DNA of 64,000 nucleotides from Phoronis australis (lineage: Eukaryota; Animalia; Phoronida): assembly GCA_002633005.1 (NCBI GenBank), contig NMRA01000228.1, positions 236,120 to 300,119 of the forward strand. Reading direction: 5' to 3'. Under the pieces are notes generated by a model. That model made no database searches and was not told the DNA's origin. It saw only the letters and a program-made list of their open reading frames with translations. The translations under genes were made by a program, and so were the position numbers. Positions 1 to 11,467 of the stretch are shown here, in pieces (position 1 is the stretch's first letter; each line of letters opens with the position of its first letter).

Positions 1-409
1 CCTCCCGACCTCCCCCCATTCGGTGCTATGCGCATCTACAATCGTGGTTCAGTTTGCGCAAATGCTTACAGCCGGACAAAATGTTGGGCCCCCCCTTTGT
101 GATATCCTAGATCCGCCACTGCATAATCAGTCTCCGACTCTACTGACACAAGTTCTGGTGAAGCGGAGAAAATGGGTGAACCTGACCAAAACTTTCACCT
201 GATAGATGTCAAGCAGTTCCGATCACGGCAGACAGCCGGCGCACAACTGAGTCCAGTAACGCTATGAGGACCAAGCTACATCACGTGTCGGCCTACTTCA
301 TGAACTCTCAAGGTTTCTGTTTCTCGGACTCTCTCGAGCAGCTCTTTTTGTTCACCACTAGAGTGCGGTACTATATTCTGTCTGTTCGGCCCCATATTTG
401 CGATTCAGG

Positions 410-3400
410 ATGGCAAGTTTGATGCGTGCAGTTAGAAACACTCTAAATATTGCCAGGTATTGTCATCGCATGGTTCATGTGCTCTAGCATATCTGTTTCA
501 AGTGGTTGTAAGGCAATGTCAATGCGATTGCTCAAATTAGCCAGCTTTATGGCACAAGACAAGGCCATGTTCAAATTTGGGTCAACAGTAGGTCTACTCA
601 TCGCCTCTGTTGGCCCGAAGCAGAGGCGATGCAGAGGCCATAGGCGCTCTGTACGCCGGAAGCTTTTCGGCGAATTATGCCTCGCACCGACTAAACCATC
701 AAAGTCACGGGTAATTGTTTACAATATGACGACAATGACTTAGACATATGATTTTGGTATCGTTCGATTCCTCGCAAGGTTATCTTCCCAAATATACACA
801 TAAATTTCTCCTACCCCGTTCCCTTAGTATTTTATCGTGAAATTTCTTCTAGCACTATTTCCTGGTACGCCGGTAGTAATACCGCCATGTTGAATGGAAG
901 GAGTCACCTGTCGGTCAAAAACTGAATTAATCTACCGACTTGCAGATCGTCACTTTTATAAGTTCAAATTGACCGAGAGCCGTCAATCCCCTGCCCGAGT
1001 TACGGAACCAAGGACTCGAATTCGATCCTATGGTGACCCTGATATACGCATCTGCTAGCAAAACAGCGGAGGTTGTTTTTGAGGGTTCCAAATTTGTGAA
1101 AAGAGTATCACTTCAAACAATTTCGTGGAAAAATGGTCAAATGGTCACAATTCTAAAAAAATGGAAAAGGTAAAATGCTTCTACTTGTTCATCAATATTA
1201 TGTCAGAAAAACTTTAGCGGGAATCTCGCGCAGGCAAACACCATTCAGAATCAATGATGCTGTTTCATTCATTAACAGTAGGTGTCGCTGTAATCTTGAG
1301 TTGAGCTAACATGGCGGTGTCCGCCGGGAAATAGTGCCAACTGAAATTCGACGATAAAATTTGGAGGAAACGCGGTAGGGGATCAATTCATATATTCTTG
1401 GAAAGATGACGGTGCGAGGAATCGAACGATACCAAAATCATATGTCTAAGTCATTGTCGTCATATTGTAAACAATTACCAAGTCACGTTGTTATAAATAC
1501 CTTTTGCGCACAGAGGAACACCTTAGGAGGTTGTCGATGTGTTTAATTCCTTCCAACTCGAACAAATACTCCCGTTATGAAACTTTTTCTTCGAGTAGTC
1601 CCTATTTCAGTTCCCAAAATCGTGAAATCAACTTTTTCATTTTTTTAACCAGGCCGAAGGTCAGAAGTTGCGGACCTACCGGCGAACTTTGAAAGCTGAA
1701 GTTCCCGCCCTTCGCGTACGTGCTGCCGGGAACCAGTCGTGCATTTGCCGTGTTGTTAAACATTAAAATGTCAAATATGTGCCCAAAGACTAATAAATGT
1801 CATATCAACAGCATTTATTTTTATCAAATACAAACAATACATTAAATACAATCAGTTTCAAGTAACATCAATTAAAGACAAGTATAAGTGGTGGCATTTT
1901 GGAAACGAACATTTGACTGACAAGACCGCAATGGCTCACCTTTGGCCTATTTAAAGATTGAGGTCACGAATTCACATCACCTAGCGAGCGCGGTAAAAAT
2001 TGGAGCGTGCGCAGTATAAAAATGGTGAGTTCACGATTTTGGGAACTGAAATAGGGACTGCTCGAAGAAAAAGTTTGATAATGGGAGTATTTGTTCGAGT
2101 TGGAAGGAATTAAACACATCGACAGCCTCCTCAGGTGTTCCTCTATGCGCAAAAGGTATTTATAACAACGTGACTTTGATGGTTTAGTCGGTGCGAGGCA
2201 TAATTCGCCGAAAAGCTTCCGGCGTACAGAGCGCCTATAGCCTCTGCATCGCCTCTGCTTCGGGCCAACAGAGGCGATGGTCATTGCCTACAGTAGGTCA
2301 TCAATGACCATCGCCTCTGCTCGCCCTACCAGTTGAGGCGATGCAGCTCCTATAGGCGCCGCAAACGCCGGAAGTTTTTTCAGAGAATTATACCTCGCAT
2401 CGACTAAAACTTCAAAGTCATGTTGTTACCTTTTGAGCATAGAGGAACACCTTAGGAGGTTGTCGATGTGTTTAATTCCTTCCAACTTGAACAAATACTC
2501 CCGTTATCAAACGTTTTCTTCGAGCAGTCCCTATTTCAGTTACCAAGATCATGAACTCACCATTTTCACTCGGCGCACGCCAAGCGATATGACCTCATTA
2601 TTTTAATCAGGCTGAAGGTCAGAAGTTGCGGTCCTACTGGCGAACTTTGAAAGCTGAAGTCCCCGCCATCTGCGTACGTGCTGCCGGAAACCAGCCGTGC
2701 ATTTGCTGTGTTGTTAAGACGTAGGCGGTGCACTATAGGGGGCTGGAGTTGGGGAGGCTATAGCCCCTCACTTTTTCAGTGCTGCGCTGCCCATAAAAGA
2801 ACAATTAATTTTGCTGAAAACTAGACAAATTTCAGGGTGATAGTACAGGTTTTGTTATCAGTTAATTACTAACGATCTCCGTTCAGTACGTATGAACGTT
2901 ATTTATGCAAGGGCAGATTAAACCACGTTGACCTACTGTCCTTAGAAAATCGCGTTTGCACTAACGTAACCCCAAATCTGCCAATGTGTACAGTTTGTGA
3001 GGCATGAAACAGTGATGCTAATACGTAGCTGATTTTCTGAATTGGAAACACTATCAAGTGACCGTCAAATACTAAATCAGATTTTCCACAGACGTAGTAA
3101 CGCATGCAGTTGCGGATTTAGGGGGGTGGAGCCAAGGGGGCCATGACCCCCTAAAATTCTACCAAATATCATTTGGGAGTTCGGGTGTGAATTGCTGACT
3201 AGTACATGACAATGTGTTCCTCTTACTAACAAAAAGCGGGAGGACTAAATAAACGGGGTACCACGTTTAGAGCTCTGAGTTGTGTGTTTGCGCCTATTTA
3301 GCGGACTTTTGTCATGCTTTTCGAGGACTTCTAGCCCGAAAAGCGCCTATAGGAGCTGCATCGCCTCAACTGGTAGGGCCAGCAGAGGCGATGGTCATTG

Positions 3401-6400
3401 CTTCGGTCAACAGCTGAGCTGTGACGATGTAGGTGACGCCGTGATGGTCTGTCACTAGTGTCACTGGCACTGTGTGAAAAGATGATGTCTGAACTCGGTC
3501 AGTGCACTGCATCAGTGAAGTTGCCAAAGTGGCACTGGTCGGATATAGCAGTCCCTGATTTAGAGAACCAGTTTCATCCACTAAGACTAAGTAACTGGGG
3601 TCCTTATTTAGTGGTGATTGCTTGGTTCTCTAAATCCGGGACCGCTATATCCGACCAGTGCGGTCGCAGTTGCTTGGACTGTCTTGTGATTCACAGTGCC
3701 TTGTCTTAAACTCGACCTAGCTTTTCGCAAGTCTAAATGACTCTTTGAAAGTTGTTTTGCAAATTACATCTAGCCTTTGCCTTGGTCATGCTGGTGCATA
3801 GCTGTCTAAATAATATTATAGAGCTTTGGAATGTTCAGTCATACAGCTAGCTGACAGGCTAAACCATCAAAATTACGTCACTACAAGTACTGTACTGCAT
3901 CTACTCGGTGCCAGGGCACTATTTGGTAACTATACAAAACCCGACACTCTTATGAGACCTGGTGCTTATTCTGCAATTGGCTATTAGAAATGTCTATAAA
4001 AATATTCCCCACGTTTTAAGTTCTTTATCAAAGGTACGATATGTCGGTAATGGAACTGCATTTCTACATATATTTTAGTTTACTTTAGGAAGAGCGTAGT
4101 TTTTAATGACATGAACTGTGTTCTATGTTTTGTTTTGTTTTGTCCACTGTTTACCTAGATCTTCCCGAAGCTATGTATTTATGCAGCGATGCACTAAGGC
4201 TATACAAGGGATACAACAGTGAATTATTGTGTAACATGCCTTCTCATTGATGAACAGAATGAAATACCTTTGGGGCGATTGGTTGGAAAGTAGCAGTCAG
4301 ACAGTCTGATTGGCTGATGTAAAGACGTTGAAGCTTAGGAGGCAACACATATTGCATGAAAAAGCATGTTGGTCATTGTGAGACTTTCAGAAATGAACAA
4401 AAGACCTGTCATTTTGAAAGCTATGGTATTGTAACTGGAAGTATAAGATATTGTGCCGTGCATATGAACTGCACAGTATTCTCTGTTTCAGGCATTATCC
4501 TGTCTCATCACGGCTGATGTCATCAAACGAGTGGGGTAGTGGTGCTGGAAAGGTTTGTTTTTATGTTTTAGTCAAAGCTTTTGTAAACCCACTGCCTGTT
4601 GCCAATCTCTCCTTTAGGTTTATGCCTCTTGCTACTATAAAACTGGTCGCTAAATATTTGGTATACAGATTAGATATAGTTTCTGAGCTTGCGAAGATCT
4701 AAGGGCGCTTGAAACTGGGCTCAATCACTTGATTTGACACAAGAGGTCATTTTATACGAGGAGCATAGAACTCGACCATTAACAACATGTCCTTTCCATG
4801 CTCGAACAAGCGCCTTTTGTCTGGAAGGAATGATATGAGACCAGTTTTAGTACAGTAAGTGATGTAAACCAAAAAAAGTTTTTGAGACACAACGTGGGTT
4901 TATGCCAGCCAGAAATATTTGTTTCTTTAAAATAGTACCCTAAGGGATAACTACAATTATTGTAGGATCAATTGCATGCAAGGACTTTTGGTGCCATCAA
5001 CGGTATGTCATTTGTTGCTGCATGTTGTCAATTTGCCCGTTTTAAAGATGTACTTGCATGCCCCTAACTATGATAATGTGTAGCAGGAACTAAACGACAA
5101 TGCTGTTTGAACATAATCTATGCTAAACAAATTGCAGTTGTATTCGTTCACTGAAACTTGTAAATGTGAAAGCCAAAAATTTTGCAAATAAGTGACGTTC
5201 ACACGAATGACGTACCTCGCGGGCTCTCATAGCTCGCATCATGCAGCATTACAACACTGGACATGGTTCATTGATTTGCAGCAGATCGTTTTTGCCACAA
5301 AAATCGTTCTTAAAACAGGGCTTGGAATTTTCCGCGGAAACGCGGATTTCCGCTTTTTTCAAATGTGCTTTCCGCTTTTGTTATAATATTTCCGCGTAAA
5401 AAAAATCGGATTTGATATAAAATTTCCACGGCAAATTCCTTTCGTACCGCGGCGTTGCAGACGACGTTCACCTCGAAAAGCGGAAGTTGCTCTTTATGTT
5501 TCGGAGGAACGTAAATTGTCAACATTGCCGGGGCATCTGGGACAGCGTGGTGGGATTTTCAATGGCGTCTCGTGTTATTGTTAAGCGCGGCGACAAATAC
5601 TACCGCTCTGCAGCCAAAAATGTGTGGGTCGGGAGTGGACGGGCGAGCTAAAAAGGACGCAGACGCATGCTACTGATGGTGGTAACGTTTTTTTTCTTTT
5701 TTTTTTTAATCCTCCCGATTTTTGTCGGGGATAGGTTCACATTGACCATTTCAAGGCTGGTTATCGGCATGATTTGGGCCGTAAAAGTTTCCCCGTTTTT
5801 TGTCATTGGTCATTCCAAGCCCTGTTAAAAACATTTTGGCAATTTTCAACCTACTTCATATTCACATCGTCACTATATGTTGTGTTTCTAACTAATTTGG
5901 CCAAGCAATCACAGAGATAAGGAACTAGCCTGCAAGTTCCACTTTAAGAATGAAATGCATACAGGTGAGATTTTGTCTTGTCAAAGTTTCTCGCAAACAA
6001 GCTTGGTTTATACTGTGTAGATGCTATAAAACTACTTTCAGTAAAGTGCCAATCATTTGCCACTAGGTAATTAGCCTTTGAAGTTTAAAAAAAAAACAAG
6101 TTTGGCAACTATCTTTTATGCGAAGGAAGTGAAGAAAATGGAATGAATTTAGAATGCTCACTAATTGCTACCTTCAGCAAAGAATAAATCCAAACTTTTA
6201 GGAGCTCTCATTGCCCTTGTTGTTGTATAGTCAAATGGCATTACAGTACTCGGCAATAGTTGGATATAACGTGCCCGTATTTTGAGAACCAGTTAACTTT
6301 GATGTTGGTTATTCAGTGGAGAAAACTGGTTCTCAAAATTCGGGCACGTTATATCTGACCATTACCACAGTACTCTGTGCCTTGTTTACAACGTTCAGTT

Positions 6401-9400
6401 GTAATGTTTATTACGTTCCCTTCCACATTGCTTGATCCAACTTAGCTGTGTACTATTTGGTTACAATGAACTTTAGAACTTACAACAAACGTTTTAGCAA
6501 AGTCACGGGAAGTTTGCTTTAATGCATTTAGTTGGACTGTCAGAGCTGCATGACAGAAGAAATTTTGAAACCGATATTATGTTTTCATTGAGTGAAGTAT
6601 CTTGTTATGCTCCTTTTAACTGTATGTCAAAATCTATTGGTCTACTTGCTTTTTCATTTCAGGGGGGTGGTACAGGTGGCAGTGTTAGGTAAGTATTTCT
6701 TCTTCATGGATATTACACGCTACTCTGCGTAATCCTGTCATTCTAAGCAAAAAAGAATAATGAATTTAGTCAATCGATCACATTTGTTTTTGGTCAAAAT
6801 ATGAGTACCGTATGGTCTCTCCCCTCACAATGCATTTTGACATGTACCTGTATAGTCTGTTCTCCATCTGTGTCGCCTTTGTGAACTTTTCTTGAGAACA
6901 GTTTAGAGACAGTAAACCGAAACGTTGATCAATATGTCGTTGTTTGCATATACGCTGATTTTGAAGTTCATAATGAATTTAGTATTTATTATTATTGATA
7001 ACCAACTTGTTAATTAACATGTGTTTGACGTTTTGTCTGTTTGGTCAGTACTTGGCAACCCAGTATTGACGTGAAAATAAAGATTAGTGTAACCAGTGTT
7101 AAGTGAGATGAGATACCCCAATAGTGAGTCAAGAAGATATTGGAGTTAAATTAAATTTTGATGTACACCAGTGGGATAGATTTAGCCGGTGGGAAGAATT
7201 TTGATATTCCTGTAAAGTACGTAGTCTCTGTATTCACAATCTTGTATTGTGTTCTGAAATTGTTTGTTTTAAAATTTCATTGTGTGACAGTACGTGCCAA
7301 GCTCATAGATAAAGCGATGTCTCGTGACAAAACTATAATGCCTGTTCTTCTAATCTTCCTATTTTTGGTATTATTTCGTCATCCTTGTTATTACAGAGAT
7401 GCTGGTGGAGCTTTGTCTCATGACAAAACTATAATGCCCGTTGTTGTTCTTATTTTTGGTATTATCTTCATCATCCTTGTTATTACAGAGATGCTGGTGG
7501 AGCTTTGTCTCATGACAAAACTATAATGCCATTGTTTTTCTTATTTTTGGTATTCATCATCCTTGTTATTACAGAGATGCTAGTGGAGCTTTGTCTTATG
7601 ACAAAACTATGATGCCTGTTGTTCTTATTTTGGGTATTATCTTCATCATCCTTGTTATTACAGAGATGCTGGTGGAGCTTTTGGCAAAATGGAAGCAGCT
7701 CATGAAGAACAATATTTTAGAAAATTGGTAAGTTTTGTCTCTCTAGAAACTAATTGCTGATGGTCTGGTAAAGGTACGCACTGGTCAGTTGTTTTTCTAC
7801 CCTGGCCTTACACCCGTTCATTGGATTCTTAATTGTTATTGACATTGTTTGTGGCAAACTCTGCAGTGGCTGTTTGAAACTGTCAGAGAATAGTACTACT
7901 TTCAGATGTTAAATACTTGTTAGATCTGCGCCTTATCAGGGCCCACATATATATTTGTGGGCGCATTTTACTGTCGCCCTTGTCAGTCTTTCGTGTGCCA
8001 CTGCTGTATGTTCCTATCACAAGTAGGATGGCATTAATGAATTTTCAAAGGGATCGGACTACCACTGTGTCCCCTAGTGGCAATTTCATTTTTTTTAAAT
8101 TTGCCTGAGTGTGTATTGTCAGAATTCCGTTATGGATTTTCATTAAAATTTGCAAATAGGAATCTATCATCCCGTTTTCAGATGGATTCAACGTATTCTG
8201 CATCACCTAGTCGGCTTCTGCTTCTCTATTAAACAAACCACTCTTAGCATAATTATGAAAATTAGCATTTGTGTTCCTACTGGGAAGAGCACAGCTGACA
8301 CTGAATTTATGACTGCTGTGGTGTCCTCTAGTGGCATTTTTTGCATGTGTGTGTATATTTCCTAAACCCATTGCTGGGTCTTTATAAGTTTTGGCAAGTG
8401 TATTTCTATGAATGTGACAATAGATGAAGATGACTCTCTGACAGATACGAGTACTGTTGTGTGCCATATGGGTATTTTAATGTATTACTTTCGAGTAGGC
8501 CTTTCTATCAGCCAAACCACTCTGCAGATCAATATCAAAATTGGCACATAATTTCCTATTGGGAAGTGCATGCCGGAACGTAATTTTCGGATGGGTCTAA
8601 CTGTTGTGGTGCATTCTGTTGGTATATTTTGTTTTCCTTTGTGTAAGTCTTGTAATCTACCAAGTTCCTTGATGGATGTTAATGAAATAAGTTACTTTCA
8701 CGTAGATGACAGCACTTTCCCTGTCTCAGATGGATTTCACCTATATTGTGCCCCCTTGAGTCCTTTTTGTTTTTTGTGTCTCTTTTTCATCGTCTGCCTC
8801 CCTATCTGCCAAACTGCTGAAAGAATCACAGTGACTTGCTCCCCCCCTTGAAGGCTATTTTCAGTTTACTTGCATTCCTTCCTTTGGTGGGAATGTTTAC
8901 AATAGTGACCATTCCTTTTATCTGTGTTGTATGTGATGAATACAGTGGGCACATATCAATGCTCATTGTTGCTCCTGTTTATTCATAGCATGGGCCATTC
9001 ACAGAGAAAGGGGGTCATGGTGAAATCAATCAACTCTTTTTTTTGCGAAATCGTAACCCATTTTATGGTCATGTAAGACCCCAAAAATGTCCAAGTTTGG
9101 CAAAGTTTGGAACATCGTACCTCAGTAATAGCTCATTGTATTCAAACTTTCAGATTGCATGCTTTATTCCCTATTCTCCAAAATGCTATGAGCAATTGTT
9201 TTTTAAATGTTTCACTTTTGATGAGGGGCTATAAAAATAAGACGTTCATGATTTTCATGAAATCAAATACAAAACTGAACATGTATAGTCTTCACCGAAT
9301 TAGTGTTACTAACGACACTCTTCCTTGAGTAAACAAAAATTACTTATCGGCGCTTGGAAAAAATTGTCATTCTGTCATTCTGCTGCTAAAATTGAGATGC

Positions 9401-11061
9401 CTTCTTGTAGGTCGGCTTACATTGGCCAGTTTCTTTTTTCCCCCGATTCTTCAGTCAGCGGTTCATCTCTTCTATGAGGATGCGTACATGGTACAACAAA
9501 TTATCGAAACTGATTTCATTTCGTTTCAAGACGAAGTGACGAGCTACCTGGGCTGTGGGAAATTTTGGGGATGTAACGGAGCTCAATAACGCAGTGCTAC
9601 CAAGCTTTATTTTAGCGATAGTCTTTACACAGCTATATCTGACTGGTTACGTCATAACCCGCGGTATCATACAAAGGCCTTGATAACTACATTTTGTCTG
9701 GCGGTCATGTTCAGTCCCCAGCGGTCCTGTTTTGTGGTGGGGCGGTCATGTTTTTAGGTGTGTCAGTCCCATTTTCTGGTGCGGTAGTACCATTTGATCC
9801 CCGGAGGTCTCGTTTTGGGTGAGTCGGTCCGATTTAGAATACCTGTGGTCATGTTGTTGCTCACCTGTGTGGTGGAGAGGAAGAGTTTAACTAATTTGAA
9901 TTACTTTGTGCTACCCCAATAGTGTTTTCCTTCCTATGGTCGTGGGATTTTACTGGAAAAGCTTGGATTGCATCTGTAATCAGTGGCATGTTTTGTTTTA
10001 CAGCAATCGCAGCAGTTAGCAGAGCTTAAAAATCATTTGCAGAATGAAATAAAAGAACATGAGGTGAGTGGACTTTTAGCTTCATTTCATTCCTGGGTTC
10101 GTAACTGTTCTTACTATTCACCTTGCACAGTTTCACTGTTTCAGGCGGTATGAGTGACTTTGTCAGCTGAAAAGTTGCACAACACGTTGGTCAACATCTA
10201 AATTACGCTTTGGCATATGTGCAGACTATGAATAAAAGATAAATCTTACTGGCTTTTAAGTTTTAAATAATATCCACAACTTTGGTACATTACTGTTTGT
10301 TGCTGATTTTAGTTCAGTTGAGTTTAGAAGTGATAGCAAAACGGTTAGGTTGTCGGATTGTTTGAACCTATCGATGAATTTTAGCCCAAATTCAGCCCGA
10401 AAATTCAGTCATAATTAATTGCTCATGGTTCTGGCCCATCTGATACTCATCTGAATGCAACAGTGAAAAGTTAGGCTCCTTTTTGATCGACGTGTCGCGC
10501 AACTTTCAGCCGCGTCACTTCGCTCTTCTAAAAAGGGCTTATTATTTTCGATTTTTTTAGCATTATGTTGTGAGAAGGGAGACCACTTGTTAATGTATAA
10601 CCATTAGAATTAGTCCCTTAAAAGTTGCCATTAAACAGCTGTGTATGAAAATATCATTGTTTTATATCATTTACCATGAAATTGGTCTGAAGTTGTTTCT
10701 TACTCCGATCAGAATGTTAATTCAAGGCTGGGAGAGAAGTGACCATTTGTTATTGCTGGAGACAAGGCTCATCAGTGCTACTCATTCTGTAACCTGATCA
10801 TAGTCTTGAGCAACGAAACTCACTTCTTTGGAAGCCCGAAAACCTATCTTAGTTTTGTAGGACCAAGTAGTCCATCAAAATTCATTTTCTTTGGCAGAAC
10901 GCTAGTTTTATTGTAGTTTTGATATGAACTATTTGTTGTATGCTTTTTAATGATTCCAGTGTTGTCTTTAATCTTTTTAGGAAGCCATTGCTAGACATAA
11001 GGAGAAAATAAAAAAACTTCAACAAAAGGAAGGCAAAGGATCAGGTTCTGATAGCGATTAG
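410..11061 (+). CDS. ATP5IF1: Mitochondrial F1Fo-ATPase inhibitor protein (IF1), 6 coding exons, 112 aa
   Basis: join(410..456,4492..4552,6663..6688,7664..7727,10004..10063,10981..11061). All introns are GT-AG, phases are consistent, total 339 nt. Translation: [112 protein letters not shown]. It has an Arg-rich presequence, the IF1 signature GSxRxAGGAFGKxExAxEExYFR and a His-containing coiled coil. Confidence 0.93.
597..3400. repeat. Cluster of four copies of one interspersed repeat family (hairpin-ended, probably Helentron/DINE-type) in alternating orientation
   Basis: Copies at about 597-1760 (+, interrupted by the MITE), 1945-2287 (-), 2302-2717 (+) and 3341-3400 (-, fragment). Each starts with the hairpin CATCGCCTCTG..(C/T)(A/G)GAGGCGATG; the + copies end GCATTTGCYGTGTTGTT. 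Confidence 0.8.
710..1479. mobile_element. Merlin-like MITE nested in another repeat
   Basis: Perfect TIR of about 67 bp starting GGTAATTGTTTAC, extending imperfectly to about 180 bp. 8-bp TSD AAGTCACG (702-709, 1480-1487). The empty site with a single AAGTCACG is visible in the uninterrupted inverted host copy near 2169-2176. Confidence 0.85.
3533..3660. mobile_element. Short palindromic MITE (CAC termini)
   Basis: CACTGGTCGGATATAGC ... GCTATATCCGACCAGTG, with the inverted repeat extending to about 38 bp. Confidence 0.7.
5060..5947 (-). mobile_element. Kolobok-like non-autonomous element fragment (same family as 40551-40930)
   Basis: 5838-5947 is the reverse complement of 40551-40655 (TTAA|AGTGGAACTT...). 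Similarity continues across the hAT insertion. The left boundary is approximate. Confidence 0.55.
5316..5824. mobile_element. hAT-like MITE nested in a Kolobok-like repeat
   Basis: TIR CAGGGCTTGGAAT/ATTCCAAGCCCTG with TTAAAA duplicated on both flanks. The host sequence is contiguous in the copy near 40655-40680. Confidence 0.7.
6252..6366. mobile_element. 115-bp palindromic Merlin-like MITE
   Basis: GG(C/T)AAT termini, long internal palindrome GATATAACGTGCCCG.ATTTTGAGAACCAGTT, and a 9-bp TSD ACAGTACTC (6243-6251, 6367-6375). Confidence 0.8.
6771..6969 (+). mobile_element. Short retroposed insertion with a decayed hammerhead-like motif (Penelope pLTR-like fragment)
   Basis: Flanked by the 14-bp direct repeat ATAATGAATTTAGT (6757-6770, 6970-6983). 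Contains TTGAGAA-ca-GTTTA..TAAAC-CGAAACGTT at 6892-6926. Confidence 0.5.
7318..7680 (+). repeat. Minisatellite (4 x ~90 bp) containing the IF1 exon 4 splice acceptor and the first 17 exonic nt
   Basis: The unit ...CATCCTTGTTATTACAG|AGATGCT(G/A)GTGGAGCTT recurs with AG ending at 7396, 7488, 7574 and 7663. Confidence 0.92.
7933..8980 (-). mobile_element. Helentron-type non-autonomous element (HINE/pearl-like), diverged copy
   Basis: Terminal palindrome GCCCACATATATATTTGTGGGC, internal ~145-bp units with CCACTAGRGGAC, and an AAACAGGAGCAA start on the - strand; homologous to 45218-46978. Confidence 0.7.
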
Positions 11062-11308
11062 CAGCAACTAGATAATGAAATAGTGTGAGGAAACATTATG
11101 ATTGGTTGTGAAATGGCATTGGTAACGATGTATTTCAGACATGAGCTTGTGTGGACATTATATAGCAGAAAACAGGAGTGCCCATTCGAAACAGCAAATA
11201 CCTTAACTTGGGATAGTGTGGAGCAGTATTCAATGTGTGTTTACTTGTGTACTATTGTGAAAATATAGCACGAGTGTATCATCTTGTTGTTTGAAAAAAA
11301 GTTGTGGA

Positions 11309-11314
11309 AATAAA
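11309..11314 (+). promoter_or_regulatory. Candidate poly(A) signal of the IF1 gene
   Basis: AATAAA about 250 nt after the TAG stop; no transcript evidence. Confidence 0.35.
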
Positions 11315-11467
11315 TGTAGTGCTAATTGCCATATCATTACCAACTGGTTCACTAGTAAGAAACTTCTGAGTTGTGCAGTTGGTACATGACAAGTATAACA
11401 TCAGTGGGGGACCCGACTTAGACAAGATTTTATAAACCAAAAATATTTTTGTTGATGTCAGTTGCAG

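Noticed and set aside
190-360. Possible first exon of a divergently transcribed gene (- strand CAG|GTGAAA near 197) sharing the IF1 promoter
   Set aside because: The ATGs I checked are followed immediately by stops, and the rest would lie outside the window; unsupported without transcripts.
450-2284. Near-identical ORFs 450-743, 1504-1692 and 1964-2284 (VGPKQRRCRG..., RRLSMCLIPSN...) suggesting a small gene family
   Set aside because: They are translations of copies of a non-coding interspersed repeat in IF1 intron 1; no recognisable domain, and one copy is split by a MITE.
7158-7526. 122-aa hydrophobic ORF resembling a membrane protein
   Set aside because: It is a read-through of the T-rich splice-acceptor minisatellite; only relevant as a possible mis-splicing product.
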